Position numbers and translations under genes: made by a program. A stretch of DNA of 52,322 bases, from the NCBI GenBank assembly GCA_021786355.1, contig JAJYNK010000011.1:1-52322 (forward strand), given 5' to 3'. Positions 17,296-25,449 of this stretch are shown one piece after another. How positions within the stretch are numbered: the first letter of the stretch is position 1; every line of letters begins with the position of its first letter. Source of the stretch: a bacterium. Lineage in GTDB: Bacteria > Patescibacteriota > Minisyncoccia > UBA6257 > UBA9933. Under the pieces are notes generated by a model, which saw nothing but the letters and a program-made list of their open reading frames with translations, had not been told where the DNA came from and ran no database searches.

Positions 17296-17814
17296 ATGTT
17301 TAAAATCCCTAAATGGTCTCTGTGGTCTTATTTAATTTTAAGTTTTGCGGGCTTTGTCGACGCGGCGTACGTAACCGCTAAAATTTACCTAAGCAGCCCT
17401 TTGAGCTGCGCGTTTTTTGAAAACTGTAATAGAGTTATAAATTCTTCTTACTCAAAAATTTTCGGAGCGCCGATAAGTTTGCTGGGCGCGGTTTTTTATT
17501 TGACAATTTTTTTGCTTTCGGTTTATTATGTGGATGTTTCGGCTCGGCGAGACATCCACCCTGAGCTCAAGGTGGAAGGGCCTGTCGAACGGGTGGATGT
17601 TAAAAGGGACCTGGCTTTAAAAGCCATTTTCTTTTTAACCGCCTTCGGTTTTGCTTTTTCATTATATTTGGTATATATTCAAGCGTTTTTATTGAATCAA
17701 TTTTGTTTGTATTGTCTGGTTTCGGCTTTAATTTCATTAATTTTATTTTTAAACACGGGATTTAATTATTTAAAAATGCGAAATATTGAATTGACTCAAG
17801 ATGAATCCCGTTAG
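17296..17814 (+). CDS. vitamin K epoxide reductase (VKOR) family protein
   Basis: A loop Cys pair (SCAFFENC) and a TM CxxC motif (FCLYCLVSA), adjacent to the DsbA-like gene. Carries a 63-nt GC-rich in-frame insert. Confidence 0.8.
   Translation: MFKIPKWSLWSYLILSFAGFVDAAYVTAKIYLSSPLSCAFFENCNRVINSSYSKIFGAPISLLGAVFYLTIFLLSVYYVDVSARRDIHPELKVEGPVERVDVKRDLALKAIFFLTAFGFAFSLYLVYIQAFLLNQFCLYCLVSALISLILFLNTGFNYLKMRNIELTQDESR
17539..17601. repeat. 63-nt GC-rich hairpin insert inside the VKOR CDS, bounded by a 9-bp direct repeat
   Basis: GTGGATGTT occurs at 17530-17538 and 17593-17601, exactly 63 nt (21 codons) apart. The interior contains ACATCCAC(CC), complementary to both copies, and the hairpin CCACC-N10-GGTGG. 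Confidence 0.75.
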
Positions 17815-17907
17815 AAATGGGATTAAATAATAAAATTTGCTAATTTATGAATTTATACAAAAAAAGTTGTTGTAAAAATATGGTGTTTGCGCCATTTCTA
17901 ACGGGAT
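17805..17907. repeat. 16-bp perfect inverted repeat (ATCCCGTTAGAAATGG) enclosing a 71-nt AT-rich spacer
   Basis: The left arm (17805-17820) contains the VKOR stop codon. The right arm (17892-17907) runs into the secD ATG (17906). Same arm family as 28132-28200. Confidence 0.85.
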
Positions 17908-19162
17908 GAATAAGCAACGAATTATTTTTTTATTGGTTATAATTTTGGTTTTGGCCGTTATCGGCGGTATTTTTGTCGCGCCTAAGTGGCTTGGCGCAAA
18001 ATACAGGCCTTGGCGTCTGGGGTTGGATCTTGTGGGCGGCAGTCACCTAGTTTACGAGGTTGATATGTCCAAGGTTGATTCAAAAGATCAAGATTCGGTT
18101 TTGAGCGGCCTTCGAGATGTTATTGAAAAAAGAATCAATCTTTTTGGCGTTAGCGAGCCTAGAGTCACTTCTGCCCAGCAGGGCGATTCTCACAGGCTTA
18201 TTGTCGAACTTGCCGGAATAAAAGACGTTTCCGAGGCGGTGAAACAAATAGGGCTTACTCCATTTTTGGATTTCAGGGAAGTTGTTCAAAAGCCGTCCCA
18301 GGGGAGCACGTCCACAATTCTGAAGGACGAAAACGTGGATTTCGTCCCCACTCAATTAAACGGCCGTTATGTTAAAAACGCTCAGCTCGATATTGACCAG
18401 ACTACCGGCGCAACGCAAGTGGCCATTCAGTTTAGCGACGAGGGCGGCAAAATTTTTGAAGAGTTAACCGCTAAAAATGTGGGCAAACAGCTGGCGATTT
18501 TTTTAGATAATAATTTAGTCAGCGCGCCCACGGTCAGGGAAAAAATTTCCGGCGGCAAGGCCGTAATTACCGGCAATTTTACTCTTGATGATGCAAAGCA
18601 AATGGTTCAAAGGTTCAACGCCGGCGCTCTTCCGGCTCCCATAAATTTGATAAGCCAGCAAACCATCGGCGCCAGTCTTGGCCAGGACTCTCTGAAAAAA
18701 GCGCTTTACGCCGGTTTTATAGGCACGATTTTGATAATAATTTTCCTTATATTTTATTACCGCAAATACGGAGTTTTCGCCGCTTTTGCGCTTTTTATTT
18801 ATATAGTTTTAACCGCCGCCATCTTTAAGATTTTTGTTGTTATGTCTCTTGCGGGCATTGCCGGATTTGTTTTATCAATAGGTATGGCGGTTGACGCCAA
18901 TATTTTGGTTTTTGAAAGAGTAAAGGAAGAAATGAAAAAGGGTTTGCTTGAGGCGCAAGCCATTGAAGAGGGTTTTAAACGGGCTTGGGCTTCCATTCGC
19001 GATTCGAATATTTCCACAATCATCACCTCAATAATTCTTTACGAGTTTACTTCCAGTTTTGTTAAGGGATTTGCTCTTACGCTTTTAATCGGAGTTTTAA
19101 TGAGTATGTTTTCCGCGATAACAATCACTAAAACATTTTTAAGGGCATTCGTAAGAAAATGA
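17906..19162 (+). CDS. secD: protein translocase subunit SecD
   Basis: Typical SecD periplasmic domain and C-terminal 6-TM region (GIAGFVLSIGMAVDANILVFERVKEE). Confidence 0.95.
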   Translation: MNKQRIIFLLVIILVLAVIGGIFVAPKWLGAKYRPWRLGLDLVGGSHLVYEVDMSKVDSKDQDSVLSGLRDVIEKRINLFGVSEPRVTSAQQGDSHRLIVELAGIKDVSEAVKQIGLTPFLDFREVVQKPSQGSTSTILKDENVDFVPTQLNGRYVKNAQLDIDQTTGATQVAIQFSDEGGKIFEELTAKNVGKQLAIFLDNNLVSAPTVREKISGGKAVITGNFTLDDAKQMVQRFNAGALPAPINLISQQTIGASLGQDSLKKALYAGFIGTILIIIFLIFYYRKYGVFAAFALFIYIVLTAAIFKIFVVMSLAGIAGFVLSIGMAVDANILVFERVKEEMKKGLLEAQAIEEGFKRAWASIRDSNISTIITSIILYEFTSSFVKGFALTLLIGVLMSMFSAITITKTFLRAFVRK

Positions 19163-19166
19163 AAAA

Positions 19167-19200
19167 TGTAAATATCAAAATGAAAAATGACAATGTAAAA
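19167..19200 (+). repeat. AT-rich intercistronic repeat, copy 1 (secD|secF spacer)
   Basis: TGTAAATATCAAAATGAAAAATGACAATGTAAAA is identical over 34 nt to 44696-44729. A partner arm TGTCATTTTTATTTT lies downstream in the same spacer. Confidence 0.85.
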
Positions 19201-19295
19201 TCTAAAATAACTGACCCCAAAATTATTTAATGTTAAAATAATTTTGAATTTTTATCTGTCATTTTTATTTTTAATTTTTTAATTTTAAATTTTCT

Positions 19296-20183
19296 ATGAA
19301 TATAATTAAAAACAAAAAATATTTTCTCGGATTTTCCGGAATAATTGTTGTTTTAAGTATTGTTATGATGGCAATATTCGGTTTTAAAACCGGAATAGAT
19401 TTTGAAGGAGGAACGCTTTGGCAAATAAAAGGCGACATTGCCGCGCCTCAGCTACAGTCATTTTTTGAAAATAATTTAAATGTTAAAAACATAACGGTTT
19501 ATCCGGAGCCGTCCAGCCAAAGTTTTTTGGTGCGTTCCAACGACATTAGCGAGGCTAAGCATCAGGAGTATTTAACCGCGTTAAAATCCAATTTTAAAAA
19601 CATCGAAGAACTTCGTTTTGAATCTGTCGGCCCGACAATCGGAAAAGAGTTGAAGACCAACGCTTACGAGGCGATTGCTTTGGTTCTTTTGGGAATTTCC
19701 ATTTATGTCGCCTACGCGTTTAGAAAAGTTTCTTTTCCGGTTAAGTCTTGGAAATACGGAGTAATAACGCTGATAACTCTTTTCCACGACGTTATTATTC
19801 CCGCCGGCATGTTGGCGATTTTAGGGAAAAAATTTGGAATAGAAATGGATACTAATTTCATAGTCGCGCTTTTGGTTGTTATGGGTTTTTCGGTTCACGA
19901 CACTATCGTTGTTTTTGACCGGATAAGGGAGAATCTTACGCTTAGCCGGGGAAAGATTGATTTTGACGAAGTGGTTGATAAAAGCATCAATCAAACGATG
20001 GCGCGCTCAATCAATACCTCTTTAACTCTTGTTTTAGTATTAGTGGCGCTTTTCGTTTTTGGCCCGGTTTCTCTTAAATATTTTATTTTGACGATTTTAG
20101 TAGGCACGATTTTTGGAACATATTCCTCAATATTTATTGCCAGTCCCTTATTGACAATTTGGAACAAATTTAGTAGAGTTTAA
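19296..20183 (+). CDS. secF: protein translocase subunit SecF
   Basis: Typical SecF sequence (GIDFEGGT, HDTIVVFDRIREN). Confidence 0.95.
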   Translation: MNIIKNKKYFLGFSGIIVVLSIVMMAIFGFKTGIDFEGGTLWQIKGDIAAPQLQSFFENNLNVKNITVYPEPSSQSFLVRSNDISEAKHQEYLTALKSNFKNIEELRFESVGPTIGKELKTNAYEAIALVLLGISIYVAYAFRKVSFPVKSWKYGVITLITLFHDVIIPAGMLAILGKKFGIEMDTNFIVALLVVMGFSVHDTIVVFDRIRENLTLSRGKIDFDEVVDKSINQTMARSINTSLTLVLVLVALFVFGPVSLKYFILTILVGTIFGTYSSIFIASPLLTIWNKFSRV

Positions 20184-20191
20184 AAAATGTC

Positions 20192-20325
20192 CAGTACTAC
20201 AACTTCGACAAATTCTTTCTTTTTTGAGAATTAAAAGCATATTAGTATTGGGTAAAAAGAATAAAATTATTTAATTAATAACAACCTCGAGAATCAATAT
20301 AAAAACAATCGAAGTTGTAGTACTG
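20192..20325. repeat. 17-bp perfect inverted repeat enclosing a 100-nt AT-rich spacer
   Basis: CAGTACTACAACTTCGA (20192-20208) and its exact reverse complement (20309-20325). The right arm ends 3 nt before the ATG at 20329. Confidence 0.85.
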
Positions 20326-20328
20326 AGA

Positions 20329-21369
20329 ATGACCCAAGTTTCTAAAATTATAAGCAGCTTAATTAGCGATATTTCAGAGCGCCAACAGGACATTTTAGTT
20401 GGTCGTTTTGGTTTGTCCAAAGACGGCGAAACAAGAACTTTGGCGGATTTGGGAGAAGAATACGGAATTACCAGAGAACGAGTCCGCCAAATCGAAGCGG
20501 ATGCTTTGGTATTAATTGCCGAGCGGGTAAATTCCAGAAATGATGTTCTGGGGATTATTAAAAAGTCTCTTGATCATCTTAGAAGCGTCGGCGGTCTCAA
20601 AAGAGAGGATTATTTTGTCGATGATTTGAAATTTTTGTTCGGCGATGATTCTTTGGGCTTCAAACAGGCTCGCTTTTTATTCGCTGTCTCCGGTTCTCCT
20701 ACGCTTTATGAGTCTGACGATGATTATTTCGATTTTTATTATGTTGACGAACCTGCTTTAGATAATGCCCATGAATTTGTTAAAAACGCCGCTAAATTTT
20801 TTGCCGATAAAAAAGAACATCTTGTTTTTCAAAATAAGTTCGCGCCGCTTGTCGAAGAATTAGCCAGAAATCACAAACTTAGCGAATTTGTGGCATTGAA
20901 TTATTTAATCGCTTCAAAAAAATTCGGAGTCAATCCTTTCAATGATTTCGGGCTTAGCCACTGGGAAGAAATTAATCCCAAAACAATAAGAAGCAAAGCT
21001 TATTTGGTTTTGAAAAAACAGGGAACGCCTCTTCATTTTCGCGATCTTTCCGATTTGATAAACAAGTGGAGCGACGCCAGAAAACGCGCCTACGCGCAAA
21101 CGGTTCATAACGAGCTTATCAAAGACAACCGGGTGGTTTTGGTTGGCAGAGGAATTTACGCTTTAAAAGAACATGGATACTTGCCCGGAACTTGCCGGGA
21201 AATCATCGTAAAAGTTTTAAAAGACAAAGGGCCTCTTAGCAAAGACGAAATAATGGACCATATTTCCAAGCAGAGAATTTTAAAGACCAACACAATACTT
21301 CTTAATCTTCAGAACAAAAAACATTTTAAAAGGACTCCTGACGGCAGATATCGTTTGGTCCGCTCCTAA
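20329..21369 (+). CDS. sigma-70 region-4-like HTH protein with C-terminal winged-helix (HARE-HTH-like) repeats
   Basis: TLADLGEEYGITRERVRQIEADAL is a region-4-type HTH. The C-terminal segments (AYLVLKKQGTPLHFRDL…, IIVKVLKDKGPLSKDEI…) look like wHTH. Confidence 0.5.
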   Translation: MTQVSKIISSLISDISERQQDILVGRFGLSKDGETRTLADLGEEYGITRERVRQIEADALVLIAERVNSRNDVLGIIKKSLDHLRSVGGLKREDYFVDDLKFLFGDDSLGFKQARFLFAVSGSPTLYESDDDYFDFYYVDEPALDNAHEFVKNAAKFFADKKEHLVFQNKFAPLVEELARNHKLSEFVALNYLIASKKFGVNPFNDFGLSHWEEINPKTIRSKAYLVLKKQGTPLHFRDLSDLINKWSDARKRAYAQTVHNELIKDNRVVLVGRGIYALKEHGYLPGTCREIIVKVLKDKGPLSKDEIMDHISKQRILKTNTILLNLQNKKHFKRTPDGRYRLVRS

Positions 21370-21383
21370 TTTATTTTTCTTTT

Positions 21384-21453
21384 AGTCATTCAGAGTCTCG
21401 CTTAGAGGGGCGAAGAATCTCGCTGAGATTCCTCGCTTCGCTTCGGAATGACT
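21384..21453. repeat. solo palindromic GC-richer element
   Basis: AGTCATTC (21384-21391) pairs with GAATGACT (21446-21453), with an internal hairpin GAATCTC-GCT-GAGATTC. The sequence style (…CGCTTCGCTTCGGAATGAC) is related to the repeats flanking the GIY-YIG gene. Confidence 0.6.
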
Positions 21454-21493
21454 TAGCGGTGATTTTTGCTCCAAAATATCTTATAATTAAAAA

Positions 21494-22819
21494 ATGACAG
21501 GTAATTTTCTTCTTGATTTAGAACTTAATTTTTTTAAGAGCCTAGGCGTTATTTTATCTTACGCGGGGTGGTTTATAATTCCCGCTATTTTATTCGTTCT
21601 TTTCTGGGAGTTAAGACTTCGTTTTATCCGCCGGGCTTTTATAAAAAAAATGGATTTTAAGATAATGGAAGTTAAAATCCCAAAAAATATTTTTATAACC
21701 GCAAAAGCGATGGAGCAAATTTTTGCGGCGATGTATTCCATTTACTCTTTCGGCGCTTTTAAAAATTGGGAAAAATACGTTTTGGGAAAAGTTGAAACAT
21801 TCGCTTCTTTTGAAATTGAAGGATCTTCCGCCGGCGTCCGGTTTTATATTTATCACCCGGCGCGACTGAGAAAACTTATCGAAGTGGCGATTTATGCCCA
21901 GTATCCCAACGCGGAGATACACGACTCTTTTGATTACGCAAAATCCACGCCGATTCATTTGCCAAACAGCGAATACGAGGTTTGGGGAACAAACTTTATT
22001 TTAAACAGGGAAAATTATTATCCCATAAAAACCTACGCGTATTTCGAAGAAACAGAAGAAGAAAAAAGAATCGATCCGCTGGCGCACATTGTCGAAGTTA
22101 TTTCTAATTTAAAGGAGGGAGAAAGAATATGGTACCAGGTGATAATCGCCGGCACCGGAAAACCGACGGGAAACGACTGGCAAAAAGAAGGGGAGGATAA
22201 AATTTCCGAAATAGCCGGCCGTAAAAAAGAAGACAAAAATAAATTTAGTGTTTGGGGCGAGTTTAATATGTGGGTTGCCAATTTTTTCAAAGCGCCATTT
22301 ACCGATGTTAATTGGGGCGAAGAAAAAAAGGAAGAAAAGCCAGCTTCTAAATTCCTGACTCCCGTCGAACAAAATATAGTAAAAGCCATTAACGGAAAAA
22401 CCGCGAAACTGGGATTTGAAACCGTTATCAGGATTATTTATATAGACCAAAAAGAGGCTTTTACTCCGTTAAACATCGCTTCAATACTGGGCACTTTTCA
22501 GCAATTTGGAGCCTCTGATATAAATTCTTTCAAGCCTGGCGGGGAAATAACGGGAGTGGGTAATTTTTTATCCAAAATCAGCTCCCGCTATAAAAAAATG
22601 ATGGAATTTACAAAAAAACGGGCGATTTATTTTGCTTATATAAATCGCAGATTTGGCAAAACAAATTGGGAAAAAAAGGAAAAATTTCCTGTTTTAAATA
22701 CAGAAGAACTCGCGACTATTTATCACTTCCCGAGCTTGACGATTGAAACTCCTCAGCTCAGGCGTTTGGATACTAAAAAAGGCGGCCCGCCAAAAGGACT
22801 GCCAATAATAAAAATGTAA
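21494..22819 (+). CDS. membrane-anchored hypothetical protein, upstream partner of the T4SS coupling-protein-like ATPase
   Basis: 441 aa with an N-terminal TM helix (GWFIIPAILFVLFW). No motif I can name. Same strand as the ATPase gene, 108 nt upstream of it. Confidence 0.5.
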   Translation: MTGNFLLDLELNFFKSLGVILSYAGWFIIPAILFVLFWELRLRFIRRAFIKKMDFKIMEVKIPKNIFITAKAMEQIFAAMYSIYSFGAFKNWEKYVLGKVETFASFEIEGSSAGVRFYIYHPARLRKLIEVAIYAQYPNAEIHDSFDYAKSTPIHLPNSEYEVWGTNFILNRENYYPIKTYAYFEETEEEKRIDPLAHIVEVISNLKEGERIWYQVIIAGTGKPTGNDWQKEGEDKISEIAGRKKEDKNKFSVWGEFNMWVANFFKAPFTDVNWGEEKKEEKPASKFLTPVEQNIVKAINGKTAKLGFETVIRIIYIDQKEAFTPLNIASILGTFQQFGASDINSFKPGGEITGVGNFLSKISSRYKKMMEFTKKRAIYFAYINRRFGKTNWEKKEKFPVLNTEELATIYHFPSLTIETPQLRRLDTKKGGPPKGLPIIKM

Positions 22820-22889
22820 AATTTAAAAATCAAAATGTAAAATTTTGGCAATCGTCTACGATGGTATTAATGAACTTTAAATTTTAATC

Positions 22890-22912
22890 TGCCATTTTTA
22901 ATTTTGATATTT
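22890..22912 (-). repeat. AT-rich intercistronic repeat, copy 3 (inverted orientation)
   Basis: The reverse complement AAATATCAAAATTAAAAATGGCA matches AAATATCAAAATGAAAAATGACA (19171-19193) at 21/23 positions. It pairs with a degenerate forward arm at about 22826-22851. Confidence 0.65.
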
Positions 22913-22927
22913 AATATTTAAATTTAT

Positions 22928-24430
22928 ATGGATGACATAACAGTAATCGGAAAAACAAATTTTAGAAATCAAGAAGTTAAATTTGGCATCAAAGCCCAGG
23001 ACAGAAGAAGGCATATGTATGTTATCGGCCAAACCGGAACCGGCAAAACGACCTTGCTTGAAAATATGGTTATTGACGATATCCGCGCGGGTCGCGGCGT
23101 GGGCATTATCGACCCTCACGGAGAATTTGCCGAAAAAATTTTGGAATTTATTCCCGAAGAGCGCGTTGATGATGTTATTTATTTTAACCCGGCCGACGTA
23201 GATAATCCGATCGCTTTCAATCCTTTGGAAAAAGTAGGAATGGAATATCGGCACCTTATCGCATCCGGCATAATGGGCGTCTTTAAAAAGATTTGGGTTG
23301 ACGCCTGGTCGGCCAGAATGGAATATATTTTGAACAATACCTTGTTGGCGCTTTTAGAGTTTCCGGAATCAACTCTTTTGGGGATAATGAGGATGTTTTC
23401 GGACAAAGATTACCGTAAAAAAATCGTTGACAATGTCCAGGATCCCGTTATTAAAGCTTTTTGGGAAAATGAATTCTCCCGCTATTCCCAGCGTTTTGAA
23501 GTGGAAGCGGTGGCGGCCATTCAAAACAAAGTCGGCCAGTTTGTTTCTAATCCTTTAGTAAGAAACATCATTGGCCAAACCCATTCAACGATTGATTTGA
23601 GAAAGATAATGGATGAAGGAAAAATCTTAATCGTTAATTTGTCAAAAGGAAGGATAGGCGAGGATAACTCTGCTCTTTTAGGGGCGATGCTGATAACCAA
23701 GCTTCAGATGGCGGCGATGTCTAGAATTGACATTCCCGTGGATAAACGCCGAGACTTTTATCTTTATGTGGATGAGTTTCAGAATTTTTCAACCGAATCA
23801 TTCGCCAATATTTTATCGGAGGCCAGAAAATACGCCCTAAATTTGACTTTAGCGCATCAATATATAGAACAGCTTGATGAAAAAGTCAGGGCGGCTATTT
23901 TCGGAAACGTAGGCACGGTGATTCTTTTTAGGGTCGGAGCTTTTGACGCCGAGTTTTTAGAAAAGCAATTTATGCCCGAATTTGAAGTCAATGATTTGGT
24001 TAATCTTCCTAATTACCATATTTATTTAAAGCTTTTAATAGATGGCGTTTCCGGCAAGCCGTTTTCAGCCGCCGCGCTGGCGCCGATTTCAATGATCGGT
24101 GAATCGTATTCGGACGTTCTTATCGAAAATAGCCGGAGAAAATACAGCGTTGCAAGATCGATTGTTGAAGAAAAAATCGCTTCCGAGTGGAGCGCCGGAG
24201 TTGCTTCCGCCCAGGATAAAGTATTTCGCCGCGAAGAGAGGCCAGTTAGGGAAGTTTTAGATGGAGGGGGGATTATAAAAAATGAAGCGATGCGAATAAA
24301 AAAAGACGTTATCCAAAAAGAAAGGCCCAATGTGGATATCGGGGATTTGCAGAAATCCATCAGAGAATCGCTGGAAAATAAAACAGAGGAAGGAAAACCT
24401 TCAGCAGAAGAAAAGAACCCAGAACAATAG
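22928..24430 (+). CDS. TraD/VirD4-like (type IV coupling protein-like) P-loop ATPase, soluble form
   Basis: Walker A (VIGQTGTGKTT) and Walker B (FYLYVDEFQNF) motifs. The layout matches TraG/TraD/VirD4-type DNA-translocating NTPases, but there is no N-terminal TM segment. Confidence 0.75.
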   Translation: MDDITVIGKTNFRNQEVKFGIKAQDRRRHMYVIGQTGTGKTTLLENMVIDDIRAGRGVGIIDPHGEFAEKILEFIPEERVDDVIYFNPADVDNPIAFNPLEKVGMEYRHLIASGIMGVFKKIWVDAWSARMEYILNNTLLALLEFPESTLLGIMRMFSDKDYRKKIVDNVQDPVIKAFWENEFSRYSQRFEVEAVAAIQNKVGQFVSNPLVRNIIGQTHSTIDLRKIMDEGKILIVNLSKGRIGEDNSALLGAMLITKLQMAAMSRIDIPVDKRRDFYLYVDEFQNFSTESFANILSEARKYALNLTLAHQYIEQLDEKVRAAIFGNVGTVILFRVGAFDAEFLEKQFMPEFEVNDLVNLPNYHIYLKLLIDGVSGKPFSAAALAPISMIGESYSDVLIENSRRKYSVARSIVEEKIASEWSAGVASAQDKVFRREERPVREVLDGGGIIKNEAMRIKKDVIQKERPNVDIGDLQKSIRESLENKTEEGKPSAEEKNPEQ

Positions 24431-24438
24431 GAATAGTT

Positions 24439-24820
24439 CTGTCATTGCGAGCGTAGCGAAGCAATCTCTTTTCTTTCCGAGAATATTTTGTTGTTCTATG
24501 GATAAGCAATATTTTGTATATTTTATGACCAATAAAGCTAATACAGTTATTTATGTAGGCATCACCAATAATTTAAAAAAGAGGGCTCATCAACATAAAA
24601 ATAAATTAATGAATGGCTTTACAAAAAAGTATAATGTAAATAAACTTATTTATTACGAAATATACGATAATGCGTATAACGCGATTTCAAGAGAGAAACA
24701 AATCAAAAGCGGCTCAAGGCAGAAAAAGATTAACTTGATTAATAAAATAAATAAAGAATGGAAAGATTTATATTATGAATTGTAAAGATTGCTTCGTCGC
24801 TTCGCTTCTCGCAATGACAG
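24439..24820. mobile_element. GIY-YIG gene cassette bracketed by imperfect inverted repeats
   Basis: The left repeat is CTGTCATTGCGAGCGTAGCGAAGCAATCT (24439-24467). The reverse complement of the right repeat (24787-24820) is CTGTCATTGCGAGAAGCGAAGCGACGAAGCAATCT. An extra partial copy AGTCATTGCGA is at about 24832-24842. Confidence 0.6.
24498..24785 (+). CDS. GIY-YIG nuclease family protein (small, UPF0213-like)
   Basis: YFVYFMTNKANTVIYVGITNNLKKRAHQH…REKQIK carries the GIY…YVG, R and E motifs. The start at the internal ATG (24498) is preferred, because the upstream extension overlaps the previous CDS and the repeat. Confidence 0.85.
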   Translation: MDKQYFVYFMTNKANTVIYVGITNNLKKRAHQHKNKLMNGFTKKYNVNKLIYYEIYDNAYNAISREKQIKSGSRQKKINLINKINKEWKDLYYEL

Positions 24821-24868
24821 ATAAAAGTTTTAGTCATTGCGATTATATTAAATATTAAGAATTTTATC

Positions 24869-25441
24869 ATGCTTTATACCGACTTAAAACCCGGAACCTG
24901 CGTAATTATTGACGGCCAGCCATGCGTGGTTTTGGAATATGAATTTTTAAGAATGCAGCAGCGAAAGCCCGTGGTTAAAACCAAACTTAGAAATTTAATT
25001 TCCGGTAGCATTTCCGAACGTTCTTGGCAGCCGTCCGACGACATAAAAGAGGCGGAAATTGAAAGGCAGAAATCCCAATTTTTATATTCTCATCGGGGAG
25101 AATTTTGGTTCACGGAAGCAAATAATCCCAAAAATCGGTTTAGTTTGAAAGAAGAATTTATCGGTTCGATTAAAGATTTTTTAAAAAATAATTTAGAAGT
25201 TATGGCGATAAAATTCGACGAAAAAATAATCGGCATCGAAATTCCGATAAAAGTTGATTATAAGGTTATTGAAGCGCCTCCGGCCATAAAAGGCAACACT
25301 GCTCAAGGCGGAACAAAAACCGTGATTATTGAAACCGGCATCAAAGTTGCCGTCCCGCTTTTTATAAATGAAGGGGACATTATTAAAATAAATACTCAAA
25401 GTGGAGGGTATGCGGAAAGGGCAGAAAAGGGCGGTCTTTAA
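24869..25441 (+). CDS. efp: translation elongation factor P
   Basis: Typical EF-P N-terminal KOW-like domain (DLKPGTCVIIDGQPCVVLEYEF…KPVVKTKLRNL). 190 aa. Confidence 0.93.
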   Translation: MLYTDLKPGTCVIIDGQPCVVLEYEFLRMQQRKPVVKTKLRNLISGSISERSWQPSDDIKEAEIERQKSQFLYSHRGEFWFTEANNPKNRFSLKEEFIGSIKDFLKNNLEVMAIKFDEKIIGIEIPIKVDYKVIEAPPAIKGNTAQGGTKTVIIETGIKVAVPLFINEGDIIKINTQSGGYAERAEKGGL

Positions 25442-25449
25442 GGCCGAAC

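Noticed and set aside
24330-24497. The N-terminal extension of the GIY-YIG ORF (the track gives 151 aa from 24330).
   Set aside because: The extension overlaps the 3' end of the T4CP-like CDS and reads through the flanking inverted repeat (…VIASVAKQSL…). The GIY-YIG domain starts at the internal Met (24498).
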